64,000 bases of DNA from Octopus sinensis (lineage: Eukaryota). This document shows positions 39,313-53,008 of the stretch, one piece after another. The position numbers and the translations under genes were made by a program. The notes below the pieces were generated by a model. The model ran no database searches. It was given only the letters and a program-made list of their open reading frames with translations, and was not told where the DNA came from. Each line of letters begins with the position of its first letter. The stretch's first letter is position 1. The DNA lies in assembly GCF_006345805.1 (NCBI RefSeq), contig NC_042999.1, positions 2,294,001 to 2,358,000 on the forward strand. The letters are read 5' to 3'.

Positions 39313-39374
<62 letters not shown>

Positions 39375-39376
39375 AT

Positions 39377-40641
39377 ATCATCATCATCATCGTTTAACGT
39401 CCGTTCTCCATGCTAGCATGGGTTGGACGGTTCGACCGGGGATCTGGGAAGCCAGAAGGCTGCATCAGGCTCCAGTCTGATCTGGCAGTGTTTCTACAGC
39501 TGGATGCTCTTCCTAACGCCCACCACTCCGTGAGTGTAGTGGGTGCTTTTTACGTGCCACCTGCACAGGTGCCAGGCGAGGCTGGCAACATCCACGGTCG
39601 GATTGGTGCATTTTACGTGCCAGTCGAAGCGGCACTGGCATCGGCCACGATTCGGATGGTGCTGATTACGTGCCACCGGCACGGAAGCCAGTCTAGGCGG
39701 CGCTGGCATCGGCCACCTTCAGATGGTGCTTTTTACGTGCCACCGGCTCAGGGATCACAACTGCAGTTTCCATTGATTTTGATGTCGGTATACTTGACTC
39801 GATGGATCTCCTCAAGCACAGGGTCGAAATGGTGTTTCTTCACTTGCCACCTGCACAGGAGTCAGTCCAGCGGTCCTGTCAACTGCTGGGTGCCAGTCAT
39901 AGGATTGGCTCAATTTTGATTCCGATTTCGATTTCGATTTCACTTGCCCCAACAGGTCTTCGCAAGCAGAGTTTAGTGTCCAATGAAGGGAGGTTAGCAT
40001 GGGTGCCTGTCGTCGTATGAGGTTCGATTTCGACTTCGCTTGCCTCAACAGGTCTTTGTGTATCCAAGGGAGGAAAGACATGCATAAGTGGGCTGGACTC
40101 ATTTGTCTTGCCTGGTCTTCTCACGCACAGCATATTTCCAAAGGTCTCGGTCGCTGGTCATTGCCTCGGTGAGGCCTAAATTTCGAAGGTCGTGCTTCAC
40201 CACCTCGTCCCAGGTTTTCCTGGGTCTACCTCTTCCACGGGTTCCCTCAACTGCTAGGGATTGGCACTTTTTCACACACCTATCTTCATCCATTCTCGCT
40301 GCATGACCATACCAGTGCAATCGTCTCTCTTGCACACCACAGCTGATGCTTCTTAGGTCCAACATTTCTCTCAAGGTACTAACACTCTGTCGAGTATGCA
40401 CACTGAGATTACACATCCATCGGAGCATACTGGCTTCATTCTTCGTGAGCTTACGCATGTCCTCAGCAGTCACGGCCCATGTTTCACTGCCATGTAGCAT
40501 GGCTGTTCGTACACATGCATCATACAGTCTGCCTTTTACTCTGAGCGAGAGGCCTTTAGTCACCAGCAGAGGTAAGAGCTCCCTGAACTTTGCCCAGGCT
40601 ATTCTTACTCTAGCAGTTACACTTTCAGCGCACCCACCCCA
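39377..40641 (-). mobile_element. 5'-truncated RTE-clade LINE: ORF C-terminus (40099-40641), ~720-bp 3'UTR, (GAT)n tail
   Basis: [69 protein letters not shown]. Confidence 0.95.
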
Positions 40642-40643
40642 CG

Positions 40644-40690
<47 letters not shown>

Positions 40691-40765
40691 TATATATATA
40701 CATATATATACATACATATATACATACATATATACACACACATATATATATATATATATCTATAT

Positions 40766-40796
<31 letters not shown>

Positions 40797-40920
40797 ATAT
40801 ATATATATGGATATATATACACATATACATTTATATATATATGGATATACATACATGCATGCATACATACATACATACATTCATACATATATACATACAT
40901 ACATACATACATACATACAA

Positions 40921-40951
<31 letters not shown>

Positions 40952-41884
40952 GCTTCTATATCTAGACTATGAATTCATATTCATACCAATAATAATTGGA
41001 GCATTAGGTTTTGTTAGCAAATGCTTAAAGGAGAATCTGGATAAACTGGGGTTTTCAAAAAAAAAAATTGACCAGCTAATTCGTACATTACAAGTGCATT
41101 CTGTGAGTGGAACAGTAAAAATATGCAAGACTTTTCTCAAGTTCTAAATGTGAATTTGTCTGTGTTAACTACATCCCAAAGATGGAGCCTTGTATCTTTG
41201 TTGGAAACTGGCTCTGTTCTCTGTGGAAGATTTATAATAATTAAAAAATAGAAGAGACATATATACATACATATGTACGTATGTAAATATATGCATACAT
41301 ACATACACATGTATTAATATACTATATACTATATGTGTGTGTGTATGAGTATATGTGTACACACACAATCACATGCACGTATCATCGTTGTCATGTACTG
41401 TACGCCTGCAACTCATGACAGTAAACAAAAGTTGCCCGATTAAGCAAGATTTCTCCAGCTCCCTTGTGACTCTTCTCCAAACAGCTCTGGATATTTTCCA
41501 GTCACTATGCTCTTTGCTTTTCTCTTGATGCACAACTCTTTATTCTTCGTTCGACGTTAATGTTTTCCAAACCATTGCTTCTTAACACATACTTTTATGC
41601 TCAGTTACAATGGACACAATTTGTAGAGTACAAATTTATTATTCTTTCATAAGAACAGCATAGCTGGCTGAAACTTCAAAGTCACTCACAATACTATTCA
41701 TGTTAAAGAAATATATGTATGTATATATATGTGTGTATATTATGTATATATATATATATGCATGTGTGTATGTATATTAAATAAAATGAGACAACAAAAC
41801 CAAGGCTGTGTGGAACTTTTAGGACATTTATAAAGAGAAAGATAGTCATACATCTGTTTCTGGAATATTAGGGATATCCCTTCA

Positions 41885-42190
41885 TCAGTAAAATCACTGT
41901 TCGAGCGTAGCAGTTACTAGCGTCGCCTGACTGGCGTCCGTGTCGGTGACATGTAAAAGCACCAACCGATCGTGGCCGTTTGCCAGCCTGCGCTGGCTCC
42001 TGTGCTGATGGCACATAAAAAACACCCACTACACTCACGGAGTGGTTGGCATTAGGAAGGGCATCCAGCTGTAGAAACACTGCCAAATCAGACTGGAGCC
42101 TGGTGCAGCCTCCATGGGTTACCAGACCCTGGTCAAACCGTCCAACCCATGCTATCATGGAAAACGGACGTTAAATGATGATGATGATGA
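41885..42190 (+). mobile_element. RTE 3'UTR fragment
   Basis: Same family, with (GAT)n tail. Confidence 0.85.
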
Positions 42191-43730
42191 TATATATATG
42201 GCCATAATAGATGAGCTTTTGCTTTTTCAGTGTTCAGGAGATGCCGTCTTTCACCTATTTGTGGTAACCCCCATTTATTTGTCCGAGGGTTCTTGTCCTT
42301 AACACTTACATTTCAAATGCATATATATTGTATCTGTTATAACTTTCACTACAACTGTTTTTTATAAGATATTGATAAAGAGAAATAACTAACTTTTATT
42401 TCTCGATAGTTATACCACTGTTATTTCCCATAATGCTAAAACGGAAATAGACATTTGAAAGAAAAATAGAAATTATTTTGTTAGTGAATATTAGAGTGAT
42501 AAAAAATTAATGGGTCTAAATATTGTCATATAAGAAAGGGAAATTAAAATAACCAATGAAAATCAATAGTTTTAAGTGCTCTCAATTTTCCTCTCTCATC
42601 CACACGTGTCTCTATACATACATATGTATACTTGAATGTATGTATATGTGTGCGTGTACCCTACCTGTGTCCCTTTTTACAATGGTTATTAATCTATATT
42701 TGTGGTAGGTAAGGAAAAAAGACGCTTAAGATCTTTAAAAGTAATGTATGGCTTAGTTGATGCACTGTTTTACTCTATCAGTTATTTTAGCCTGGAAGCT
42801 ATTCCTTTTCCTTCTAAATGATTAGCATCATATTACTAGAGTTGGTTTTTCTTAATAGATATTGCAGATAGTTTTAGAATGTCTCTTCTATGTGAGGTTA
42901 TTACTCTCGCATATAATTTTCTTTTTCTTCCCCACGCGACCATAACAGAAATGTGTTTCAACGCAACGCGTCTAGCGTTTCAGTCCCTATAAGTTCTGGC
43001 AGATCCTCAGTTTCACTTTGTGTGTCTCTTCTAATAACATGAATGTAGTTTAAAAGTCTTTAGCATTTATTAGGCTGTGGATTTCTACAAAATTTAATAA
43101 TTGACATTGAGAACTAATACTGCATTGAGAAAAACTAGTATTGGTGGGAGGTGACCAATAGCAACAAAATGTTCGAAAGACAAACAGACAGACAAGCAGA
43201 GAGGAGAGATAGAGAGAAGAATGGCAGATTCTTGGTCACATATTAGAAGACATAAGTTAGAGAACACTAAAGTCAGAGAAGGGAACTGCGTTGAGTTACA
43301 AATAATATTGCAAAAGATAATACAGAAGGACAGAGATTTACAAGAAAGCATTAGAGACAGAATAATATTGTTTTGTGCTTATTTTCTTCTTGAAATTTGT
43401 TTTTAATAAATATCCCATCTTCCCTTTAGTGCTACTTGCTATTCCTTTCCTTGGAACCCTTTGCCCAGTTACCCATCCCATACTTCCAACATCATCCCTT
43501 ATTGTGTAATTTCCACCTGAATGCCCCTTTTCTCAGAACCTCCGCTCATATCGATATATTCTTTGAAGAATCTTAAGAATGTTTTTCTTGAGTGCAGGCG
43601 TGGCTGTGTGATTAAGGAACTCGCTTTGTAATTATTTGGTTTTGGGTTCAGTACCACTGTGCAGTACTTTAGACAAGTGTACTCTACTATAGACTTGGGC
43701 TGATAAATCCCTTGCAAGTGAATTTGCTAG

Positions 43731-44684
43731 GCAGAAACTTTAGCATGCTAGGTGAAATGCTTAGCGGTATTTTGTCTGCTGTTACGTTCTGAGTTCAAAT
43801 TCCGTCGAGGTCAACTTTGCCTTTCATCCTTTCGGGGTCAATAAATTAAGTACCAGTTATGCACTGGGATCGATGTAATCGACTTAATCCCTTTGTCTGT
43901 CCTTGTTTGTCCCCTCTGTGTTTAGCCCCTTGTGGGTAATAAAGAAATAGGTATTTTGTCGGCTGTTATGTTCTGAGTTCAAATTCCGTCGAGGTCGACT
44001 TTGCCTTTCATCCTTTCGGGGTCAATAAATTAAGTACCAGTTATGCACTGGGATCGATGTAATCGACTTAATCCCTTGTCTGTCCTTGTTGTCCTCTCTG
44101 TGTTAGCCCTTGGTGGGTAATAAAGAAATAGGTATTTTGTCGGCTGTTACGTTCTGAGTTCAAATCCCGTCGAGTCGGTCAACTTTGCCTTTCATCCTTC
44201 GGGTCAATAAATTAAGTACCAGTTATGCACTGGGATCGATGTAATCGACTTAATCCCTTTGTCTGTCCTTGTTTGTCCTCTCTGTGTTTAGCCCCTTGTG
44301 GGTAATAAAGAAATAGGTATTTTGTCGGCTGTTATGTTCTGAGTTCAAATTCCGTCGAGGTCGACTTTGCCTTTCATCCTTTCGGGGTCAATAAATTAAG
44401 TACCAGTTACGCACTGGGATCGATGTAATCGACTTAATCCCTTTGTCTGTCCTTGTTTGTCCCCTCTGTGTTTAGCCCCTTGTGGGTAATAAAGAAATAG
44501 GTATTTTGTCGGCTGTTATGTTCTGAGTTCAAATTCCGTCGAGGTCGACTTTGCCTTTCATCCTTTCGGGGTCAATAAATTAAGTACCAGTTACGCACTG
44601 GGATCGATGTAATCGACTTAATCCATTTGTCTGTCCTTGTTTGTCCCCTCTATGTTTGGCCCCTTGTGGGCAATAAAGAAATAA
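43731..44684 (+). mobile_element. SINE B pentamer (five ~184-bp units) nested in a SINE A copy (~43595-44935)
   Basis: Unit starts at 43767, 43951, 44132, 44317 and 44501; SINE A sequence resumes after 44685. Confidence 0.9.
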
Positions 44685-45370
44685 GAAAGTGTAGATGTCT
44701 GTCGTATATATGTATATATACATATACATGTGTCTTTGTGATCGTGTTCGTAACCCCAGTCGCCCTGCCACTGCCTGAAAGCTGGCGTTGGTTTGTTCGA
44801 CAAGAGGGCCCGATAAAATAAGTATCAGGTAAAAAAATCGATGAGTATTAGGATTGATCTGCGAGTAAAACCCCTTCGAGTCAATGCCCCAGTATGGCTA
44901 CAGTTCAATAACTGAAACAATAAAAGATAAAGGATCATTTCCTGGAGTGATAAAATATCATTTTGCATCTCCTTTCGATAAATCCCAGCATTTTCCTGTT
45001 ATAGCTGCAGAGTATCTTATTGCAAGAAAGAAAAAAAAAAGAATTATTTTGAGCGCCAGTGAAACACAAAGGGCTAATCTCTAATCTCAAATGCTGTTTG
45101 TCTTGTAATTATTATCTTGCTATACCATCATTTAAATACAGTGAAAAAAAAATACTACTAGCTGTTCATTATGCAAGAAAGAGAACTACTTCTTAAGTGA
45201 TTGCTATAACAAACTCAGCTGCTATTTAACACCAACATCATGATTCCAAATCTAAATCACTGATGCATTCTACACAAGCATTTCTTCATTTTCCTTAAGC
45301 TGATTTCCAACACTTAAAACGAAGCCAAAAACCTCAAAACAAAAACTAAATAATTAAAACAGGATTTCGA

Positions 45371-45595
45371 TCAATTCCTGTTGAGAATTTCTTTTAGAAT
45401 AATCTCAACAATAGATTCTTTATCAACATTAAATATTCCGGGCATTAATAACCAATGAATTTTTGCTGATCCATCAAAAATTTCTGTAACTTCGTTTACA
45501 TTTCTGAGGAAAATTAATTCAATATCAAAGGTAAACAACGAAGTATTAAAGCATTTCTTTCCAGAGAAATTCTTAACAATTTCTAAGTTACATTT
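45371..45595 (-). CDS. Candidate terminal exon, 74 codons plus stop, unidentified
   Basis: Acceptor ttttctttctttttgcag, then open frame KCNLEIVKNF...KIHWLLMPG...KEILNRN* in non-repetitive DNA. Confidence 0.3.
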   Translation of the reverse strand, partial: KCNLEIVKNFSGKKCFNTSLFTFDIELIFLRNVNEVTEIFDGSAKIHWLLMPGIFNVDKESIVEIILKEILNRN

Positions 45596-46715
45596 CTGCA
45601 AAAAGAAAGAAAATCTTTATTCAATACTGTATTGAGTTTTAAATGTCACACAGAACATACTGTTAATTACACTTCCAGGGCTACACAAGAAGAATCTTTT
45701 CTACTCTAGGCACAAGGACCGAAATTTTGGGTGAAGTGTGTGGGGGGGGGGGAGTCAATTAAATCGACCCCAGTATGCAACTGGTACTTAAGTTATTGAC
45801 CCCGAAAGTATGAAAGGTAAAGTCGGCCTCGGTGGAATTTGAACTCAGAACGTAAAGACAGACGAAATACCGCTAAGCATTTCGCCCAGTGTGCTAACAA
45901 TTCTGCCAGCAAACCTCCTTAAAAAATCTTTTCTACTCTAGGCACAAGGGCCAAAATTATGGGTAAAGGGGCCAGTCAATTAGATCGACACCAGTATGCA
46001 ACTGGTACTTAATTTATTGACCCCGAAAGTATGAAAGGTAAAGTCGACTTCGGTGGAATTTGAACTCAGAACGTAAAGACAGACGAAATACCGATAAGCA
46101 TTTCCCCCCGACGTGCTAATGTTTCGGCCAGCTCGCCACCTTCTGCCACTTAAATATTTATTTCTTTATTGCCCACAGGAGGCTAAACATAGAGGGGACA
46201 AACAAGGACAGACAAAGAGATTAAGTCGATTAGAGTGATCTCAGTGTGTAACTGGTACTTATTTAATTGACCCTGAAAGGATGAAAGGCAAAGTCGACCT
46301 CTTTTAGTATATTTCTATGCGTATCTATATGTTTGTATATTTGTATGTATGTTTTGTGCTGATGTAGATATAGATATAATTTTAGGTGTGCATTTTTGTG
46401 TGTTTGTTGGCCAAGCTAAGCGGAGTATCTAAACGCCATGATGTAACACTCTCTCTCCCTATCTATTTTTCCCTTTCTCTCTCTAATTTTCTGTTTCTCT
46501 TTCTTTTATTTCTTTTTCTTGTTTTCTTCTTTTCCACTCTTTCCTTCCTCCCCCCCCTACTTAATCTTTTCTAATTTTTTCTTTCTCTTTCTTTCACCTG
46601 TAACAACTAACTTGTATAAGCATACGCCAGGAGATTTTCTACGCATGCATGTGTATGCATACATACACATATATGCATTTGTATATATATTTATGTCTTG
46701 CCTATATATGTCTGT

Positions 46716-47000
46716 GGAGGCGCAATGGCCCAGTGGTTAGGGCAGCGGACTCGCGGTTTCGATTCCCAGACCGAGCGTTGTGAGTGTTTATTGAGCGAAA
46801 ACACCTAAAGCTCCACGCGGCTCCGGCAGGGGATGGTGGTGATCCCTGCTGTACTCTTTCACCACAACTTTCTCTCACTCTTACTTCCTGTTTCTGTTGT
46901 ACCTATATTTCAAAGGGCCGGCCTTGTCACTCTCTGTGTCACGCTAAATATCCCCTAGAACTATGTTAAGGGTACCCTCGTCGTCGTAACCGACGGAGTG
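46716..47000 (+). mobile_element. SINE family C with internal deletions
   Basis: ggaggcgcaatggcccagtggttagggcagcggactcg tRNA-like head. Confidence 0.85.
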
Positions 47001-47981
47001 CTTCCATCATCATATGTCTGTATATATGTAGCTATGTACATGCATCTGAATGTTTAGTGCATATAAGTATATTATAGATGGTTTGGTATGTGTATATACT
47101 GCAAAATGTATGTGTATATACCACAATTGGTGGCCTAGAAGATACCCTTAACGAGTAGCTCATTTTATCTGGCACCCATAAAGCATAAAACGTTAATGAG
47201 TATAGAGAGAAAAATTGGGTCTGTGACTCGTCTACTTCGCCTCCACCCTTTCAGTACAGATCAACAAAGCTATTAGTATCTCAGCCATCAAACCCAGAAC
47301 ATAACAACGTTTATTTTAGTTTGTAACTTTGCAAACATTTACTACCCTTTATTAATGACTTTCCACAATTTCTCTCTCGAATTCTGTCCAATCGTTTGCT
47401 GCAGCCAACATGATTTAACAACCATTATTCCTTCCTTGTTTTACACCTCCAAGCAATGCTATTCTTCGTTTTCCGATTTTTCTTTTTTTTTTTTTTGGTT
47501 TTCGCTTGTTTGTTTCTTTTTTTGTTTTTGTATTCAAAGAACTTTTACCTTTTCCATCCGTTATCGTCATTCATTAAAAATCAGAAAACCTACTGCCGCT
47601 AACATGCCATTTATTTGAAAACATGAAAAGTTACTTATCGCATGAGAAACAAGGAAATTAAGAGAATGGTTCGAAGAGATAGAGAGGAACGCAGAACAAA
47701 AGGCAACGCATGGTTATATGTGTTTCAGGTAACAATGTCTGATTTTAAAGATTACTCAGTTCTCCAAGATAGAACAATTTCTAAAAAAAAAATCATTAAA
47801 ATTATATTGAAGAAGCCTGGCTTTCTGTTTAATGCTTCAAGTTATTTAACAGATAAGAAATGCTACAAGAACCAAATTAATGGTACAGCATAGTATGTAG
47901 TACTATTTAAAGAAGTTTTCCACTAGCAGGCTACAGTTAAACTATTATTATTATTATTATTACTATTATTATTATTATTAC

Positions 47982-48014
<33 letters not shown>

Positions 48015-48353
48015 GGCAATGAACTGGCAGAATCGTTAGCATACTGAGTGAAATGCTTAAGGATTTCGGTTCGAAGTCCACCAAGGTTGACTTTGCCTTT
48101 CATCTTTTTGGGGTCGATAAATTAAGTACCAGTTGCATACTGGGGTTGATCTAATCGACTGGCCCCTACTTCCCCTAAAATTTCAGGCGTTGTGCCTAGA
48201 TTAGAAACGAATATCGTTCTGACCTTTTAATTGGTTCCAATCACCATATCTTCCACAAAAGCAAGTAACGCAAGACTGAGACACGATGGGGAAGATATTA
48301 TAGTATATTTATAGATTGAGTGAATTTCAGGACTTTTGCCTAAAGTAGAAAAG

Positions 48354-48409
<56 letters not shown>

Positions 48410-49174
48410 GTGAGCTGGCAGAATCATTAGCATGCTGAGTGAAATTCTTAGCGGTATTTCATCTGCTGTTAGGTTTTGAGTTTGAATTCTGCCAAGATCG
48501 ACTTTGCCTTTCATCCTTTCGGGGTTGATAAATTAAGTACCAATTACATACTGAGGTCGATGTAATTGATTTAATCCCTTCCCTCAAAATTTGCAGCCTT
48601 GTGCTACCAGTAGAAAGGATTATTATTATTATTATTGTTATTGTAGTTGTTGTTGTTATCAATATTATTATTATTACTATTGTTGTTATTATTATTAAGT
48701 CAGTAGACCTAGCAGAATTGTTAGTACACCGAGCAAAACGCTTTGCAGCATTTAGCCCATTTTATGTTCTATGTTCAAATTCCGCCAAGGTCAACTTAGC
48801 CTTTCATACCTGCGAGGGTCGATAAAATAAGTACCAGTTATGCACAAGATGTGATGTAATCAACTTAATCCTCTCCCCCAAAATGCACTTGTGACAAAAA
48901 TTTGAAATCATCATCATCATCATTATTATTATTATTCTATGTTTGACTTTTGCTTTACATTTGTACTAGTTGGCTCCAAGTCTCACCCAGAGACCTCAAG
49001 AGACAAGTTGGAAGTTCATATTGGTGTTATGCCTAGGGTGCCATATATTTGGTTTTGTACTTAGTGTTGTACTAGTGAATGTTTAAGAAACCATAAGAAA
49101 ATTACGTTTGTTTTAAAACTTGAGATTACATAGAAAGTATTTTGCATAGGATATTATCACCATCATCATCATCA

Positions 49175-49216
<42 letters not shown>

Positions 49217-49229
49217 TCATCAACATCAT

Positions 49230-49980
49230 TTTCATTAGCATCTTTCAATTTTATTTCCATTTCTTGTCAAGTGTCTTCCTGACACCTAGGGCAGAGAAAC
49301 ATGAAAACAAGCACACCAGATTGTTCATTTACAGAATCATGTTCATTTATATAGTCTTCACCGTTCATGTAACCCAATCAAAAATTGGTACCACTCTTGC
49401 TTTCATATTTTTCAACTGTCTTGACGTCTCTTCTCAAGTCTATATATTGTCCGATTGCTTCATTTTCTTTACTATTAAAGTAATGGTCTCGTGGGCAAGC
49501 TACATCAATCAACAAACACCTCCTTGCAGTAAATTACCCCACCAAAAATATGTCTGGCCTTGTATGTTCAAGAACCCTATCCCTGACTTGTAAAGTCCCA
49601 CAACAGTTTCACAATATGATTTTCAAAGCCTTTCTCTACTTTGTGCTGATACCATTTCTCAGTGGTTGGAAATCCATATTTCTTGCGTAAAGACTAGTAG
49701 AAAATGCAAGCACCTATATCGTGACACCTTTTATATTCTCTCAGTGTAAGCATATCACAGGTCCTCATGGTGTGTCATCCTTCCTGCCTTCTACCTACAT
49801 AACCTACACTTAGTATTTTCATCAGGGTTATACATATTCCTTATCCAGTTAGTGTTTGATGCTTGGTCCTGAGCAGCCACCAAGAAACTTTCTGGCTCTC
49901 TCTCTCTCTTAAGATCACCGTTTGGTAACCAATTTCATCAAGATTCTGCTTTTAAAACTTATAAATCTATACCCTCTCTT
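49230..49980 (-). mobile_element. Degenerate Dong/R4-type LINE 3' part
   Basis: ESFLVAAQDQA...TKCRLC; 3' end caagtgtcttcctgacacctagggcagagaaac matches 20775-20810; adjacent TTA/CAT tract. Confidence 0.75.
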
Positions 49981-50013
49981 GTCCTCAGTTTCTCAGCTAG
50001 CAGTACATTTTAT

Positions 50014-50156
50014 TCTTTTACTTGTTTCAGCCATTTGGCTGCAGCCATGCTGGAGCACCACCTTTCATTGAACAAATCACTAAGTTACGGGACATAAACA
50101 CACCAACATCAGTTATGAAGCAATAGTGGAGGGACAAACACAGACACACAAACATA

Positions 50157-50230
<74 letters not shown>

Positions 50231-50450
50231 ATGTGTGTGTGTGTGTGTGGTGTGTGTGTGTGTGTGTATATATATTATATATATATATATATACCATGGA
50301 CTTCTTTCAGTTTCTGTCTACCAAATCCACTCACAACACTTTAATCTGTCTGAGGCTATAGTAGAAGACATTTACCAATGGTGCCACATAGTGGGACTGA
50401 ACCCAGAACCATGTGGTTGGGAAGCAAGCTTCTTACCACACAGCCACGCC
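50014..50450 (-). mobile_element. SINE family A
   Basis: Two-part structure. Confidence 0.85.
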
Positions 50451-51181
50451 TGTTTATAATTTTCCTTATTCTCAGTAAAGTTCCAGTGCATAAGCCTATA
50501 ATTTTGGCAACAAACTTGCAAAGTTCTTCTTTACTACTGGCCAAACAGAAATCTAAAACCCTGCATTAGTTATCCACACAACCCTTCACACTCACAGACC
50601 CTCGTCATCCTCAACCCCTCTGTTTATATATATAGTCACATAACATTTGCCTGTGGCTGCAATGTGCAATTGTCAACCATTTCCTTTTGCGTTCACCTAT
50701 CCAGCTTCTCTGTCTTTTCTCTGGTCCTCTCCAAATTGGCCACACTCTATCCAATAACCAGTACAGTTCAGTATTCTATTACTGTTATCAAGTTCTTCCC
50801 ATTCAATTTTGTTTTCAGTTGCAGCTCTAATCTCTTTGGATAGACTTCTTGCCTATTTCCTTTCATCTTTTCATATGATTGATGTTGATGTGTTTCTTCT
50901 TCTTCTTCTTCTTCTTCTTCTTCTTCTTCTTCTTCTTCTTCTTCTTCTTCTCCTTCTTCTCCTTCTTCTTATCATCATCATCATCATCACCATCATCATC
51001 ATTATTACTATTAGTGTTTATGTTCTGAATTCAAATTCCGCTGAAATTGACTTTGCCTTTCGTTCTTTCAGGGTTGAAAAAGTAAGTACCAGTTGAGTAC
51101 TGGGGTTGATGTAATCGACTTGCCCCTTCCCCCCAAATTTCAGGCCTTGTTCCTATAGTAGAAAGGATCATCATCATCATC

Positions 51182-51218
<37 letters not shown>

Positions 51219-51819
51219 TATCATTATCATCACTATCATCATGATTGTCATCATCATCATCCACATCATCATCATCAACATCATCATCGTCACTGTCGTC
51301 ATCATCATCATCATCATCATCACCATCACTATCATCATCACCATCATCCTCAGCAACATCATCATCATCATTGCCATCACCATATTCATTGTTGTTGCTG
51401 TTGTTAGTTATGTTGGAAAGTTGGCAAAAATCGTTAAAGTCTCAGACGAAATTCTTTACAATATTTGTTCCTCTCTTTGAATCCTGCCAAAGTTACCTTT
51501 GCCTCCTATTCTTTCACGGTTGATAAAAATAGAGAATCGGTCAAGTACTGAGACCAATGCCATTGAGCAACCACCTCCTGTTCCATATTCTTGGTCATGT
51601 GACTATGCTTTCGTTTTTACAGGCAGAATTCTCAGAGCATTAGGAACAATGTTTTATGGTAATGAAGCTAGGCAGATGATAAAGGCATCTTCATGGAACT
51701 AAGGTCTTAATCGTCTTTTGTCAGTTATCATTATGGTTAGGAGCAATGCACCCTGTATTCTTGCTATGGAAACATTTATCAAGAGGAGTAATACTCAGTT
51801 TTCTACAGAAAACTCCTAA

Positions 51820-52203
51820 CCACAAGGTTCCGGGTTCAGTCCCACTGTGTGACACCTTGAGCAAGTGTCTTCTACTATAACCTCAGGTTGACCGATGCCG
51901 AGTGTGTGGATTTGGTAGATGGAAACTGAAAGAGGCCATTGTATATATATATGTATATGTATGCATGTATGTATGTATGTATGTATGTATGCATGTAGGT
52001 ATGTATGTATTTGTATGTCTGTGTTTGTTCACCCTCCATCTCTTGACAACTGATTTTGTTGTTTAACTTAGTGGTTTGGCAAAAGAGACCGATGTAATAA
52101 GTACTAGGCTTACAAAGAATAAGTCCTGGGATCGATTTGCTCGACTTAAGGCAGTGCTCTAGCAGGGCCACAGTCAAAAGATTGAAGCAAGTTAAAAGAA
52201 GAA
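51820..52203 (+). mobile_element. SINE family A
   Basis: Two-part structure. Confidence 0.8.
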
Positions 52204-52253
52204 TAGAATATACATACATACAGATATATATGTGTGTGTATGTGTACACATAC

Positions 52254-52940
52254 ATCATCATCATCAGCATCGTTTAATGTCTGTTTTCCATGCTGGCATG
52301 CGTTGGACAGTTCAACTGGGATCTGGGAAGCTAGGAGGCTGCACCAAGCTCCAATCTGATCTGGCAGTGTTTCTACAGTTGGATGTCCTTCCTAATGCCA
52401 ACCACTCCAAGAATGTAGTGGGTGCTTTTTACATGCCACGTTCCACTAGCACATATATATACATAGCCATGCTAACCACTAAACCAAATGTGCGTGTGTG
52501 TGTATGAGAGAGAGAGATCATCAATTAACGTCCATTTTCTATGCTGGCATGTGTTTGAAAGTTTGAAAGTAGATGGCAAGGCTGGAGAGCTGCTCAGGCT
52601 CCTTGCCTGTTTTGGCATGCATTGTAAGGTTGGATGCTCTTCCTAATGCCACCCACTTTACAGAGTGTACTAGGTGCATTTACGCAACACTGAGACAGAT
52701 GTGGTAAGGATGTTTTTTACGTGGCACCAGCACCCACAAGCCTGCAAGATTAGAAACACCCAGGAGGAGAGGGATGCAGGGGTCATGCCTGTCTGCAAGG
52801 AGAACCATGCTTTTACCTAAGCTTAATGTATCTTCACAAGCACAGCAAGCCACCTGGAGTCTTGGTCCCTTGTCACCCCCTTTGTGATTCCCAACACCTG
52901 TAGATCCCTTCTCACCACTCCGTCCTCCCCCACACACCTA
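52254..52940 (-). mobile_element. Two adjacent RTE 3'UTR-type fragments
   Basis: Family motifs at 52254-52445 and 52518-52940. Confidence 0.7.
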
Positions 52941-53008
52941 TTTAATGTACACAGTATTTAAAATAAAAGTCACTAACAGTTTCTTGCTATAGATTAAGCA
53001 GATTTATA

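Larger units (their letters stand above)
38881..39325. mobile_element. Fold-back hammerhead element 2: 185-bp inverted arms (1 mismatch), 4-nt spacer, longer left arm
   Basis: 38952-39136 versus 39141-39325; same family as 8420-8805; (TA)n on both sides. Confidence 0.88.

Noticed and set aside
39490-39860. CRISPR-like repeat/spacer pattern
   Set aside because: It lies within an RTE LINE 3'UTR in eukaryotic DNA; the repeats are degenerate and there are no cas genes.
46716-46800. tRNA genes at SINE heads (families A, B, C)
   Set aside because: A/B-box-like motifs are present, but no complete cloverleaf can be drawn and each continues into a repeat body.
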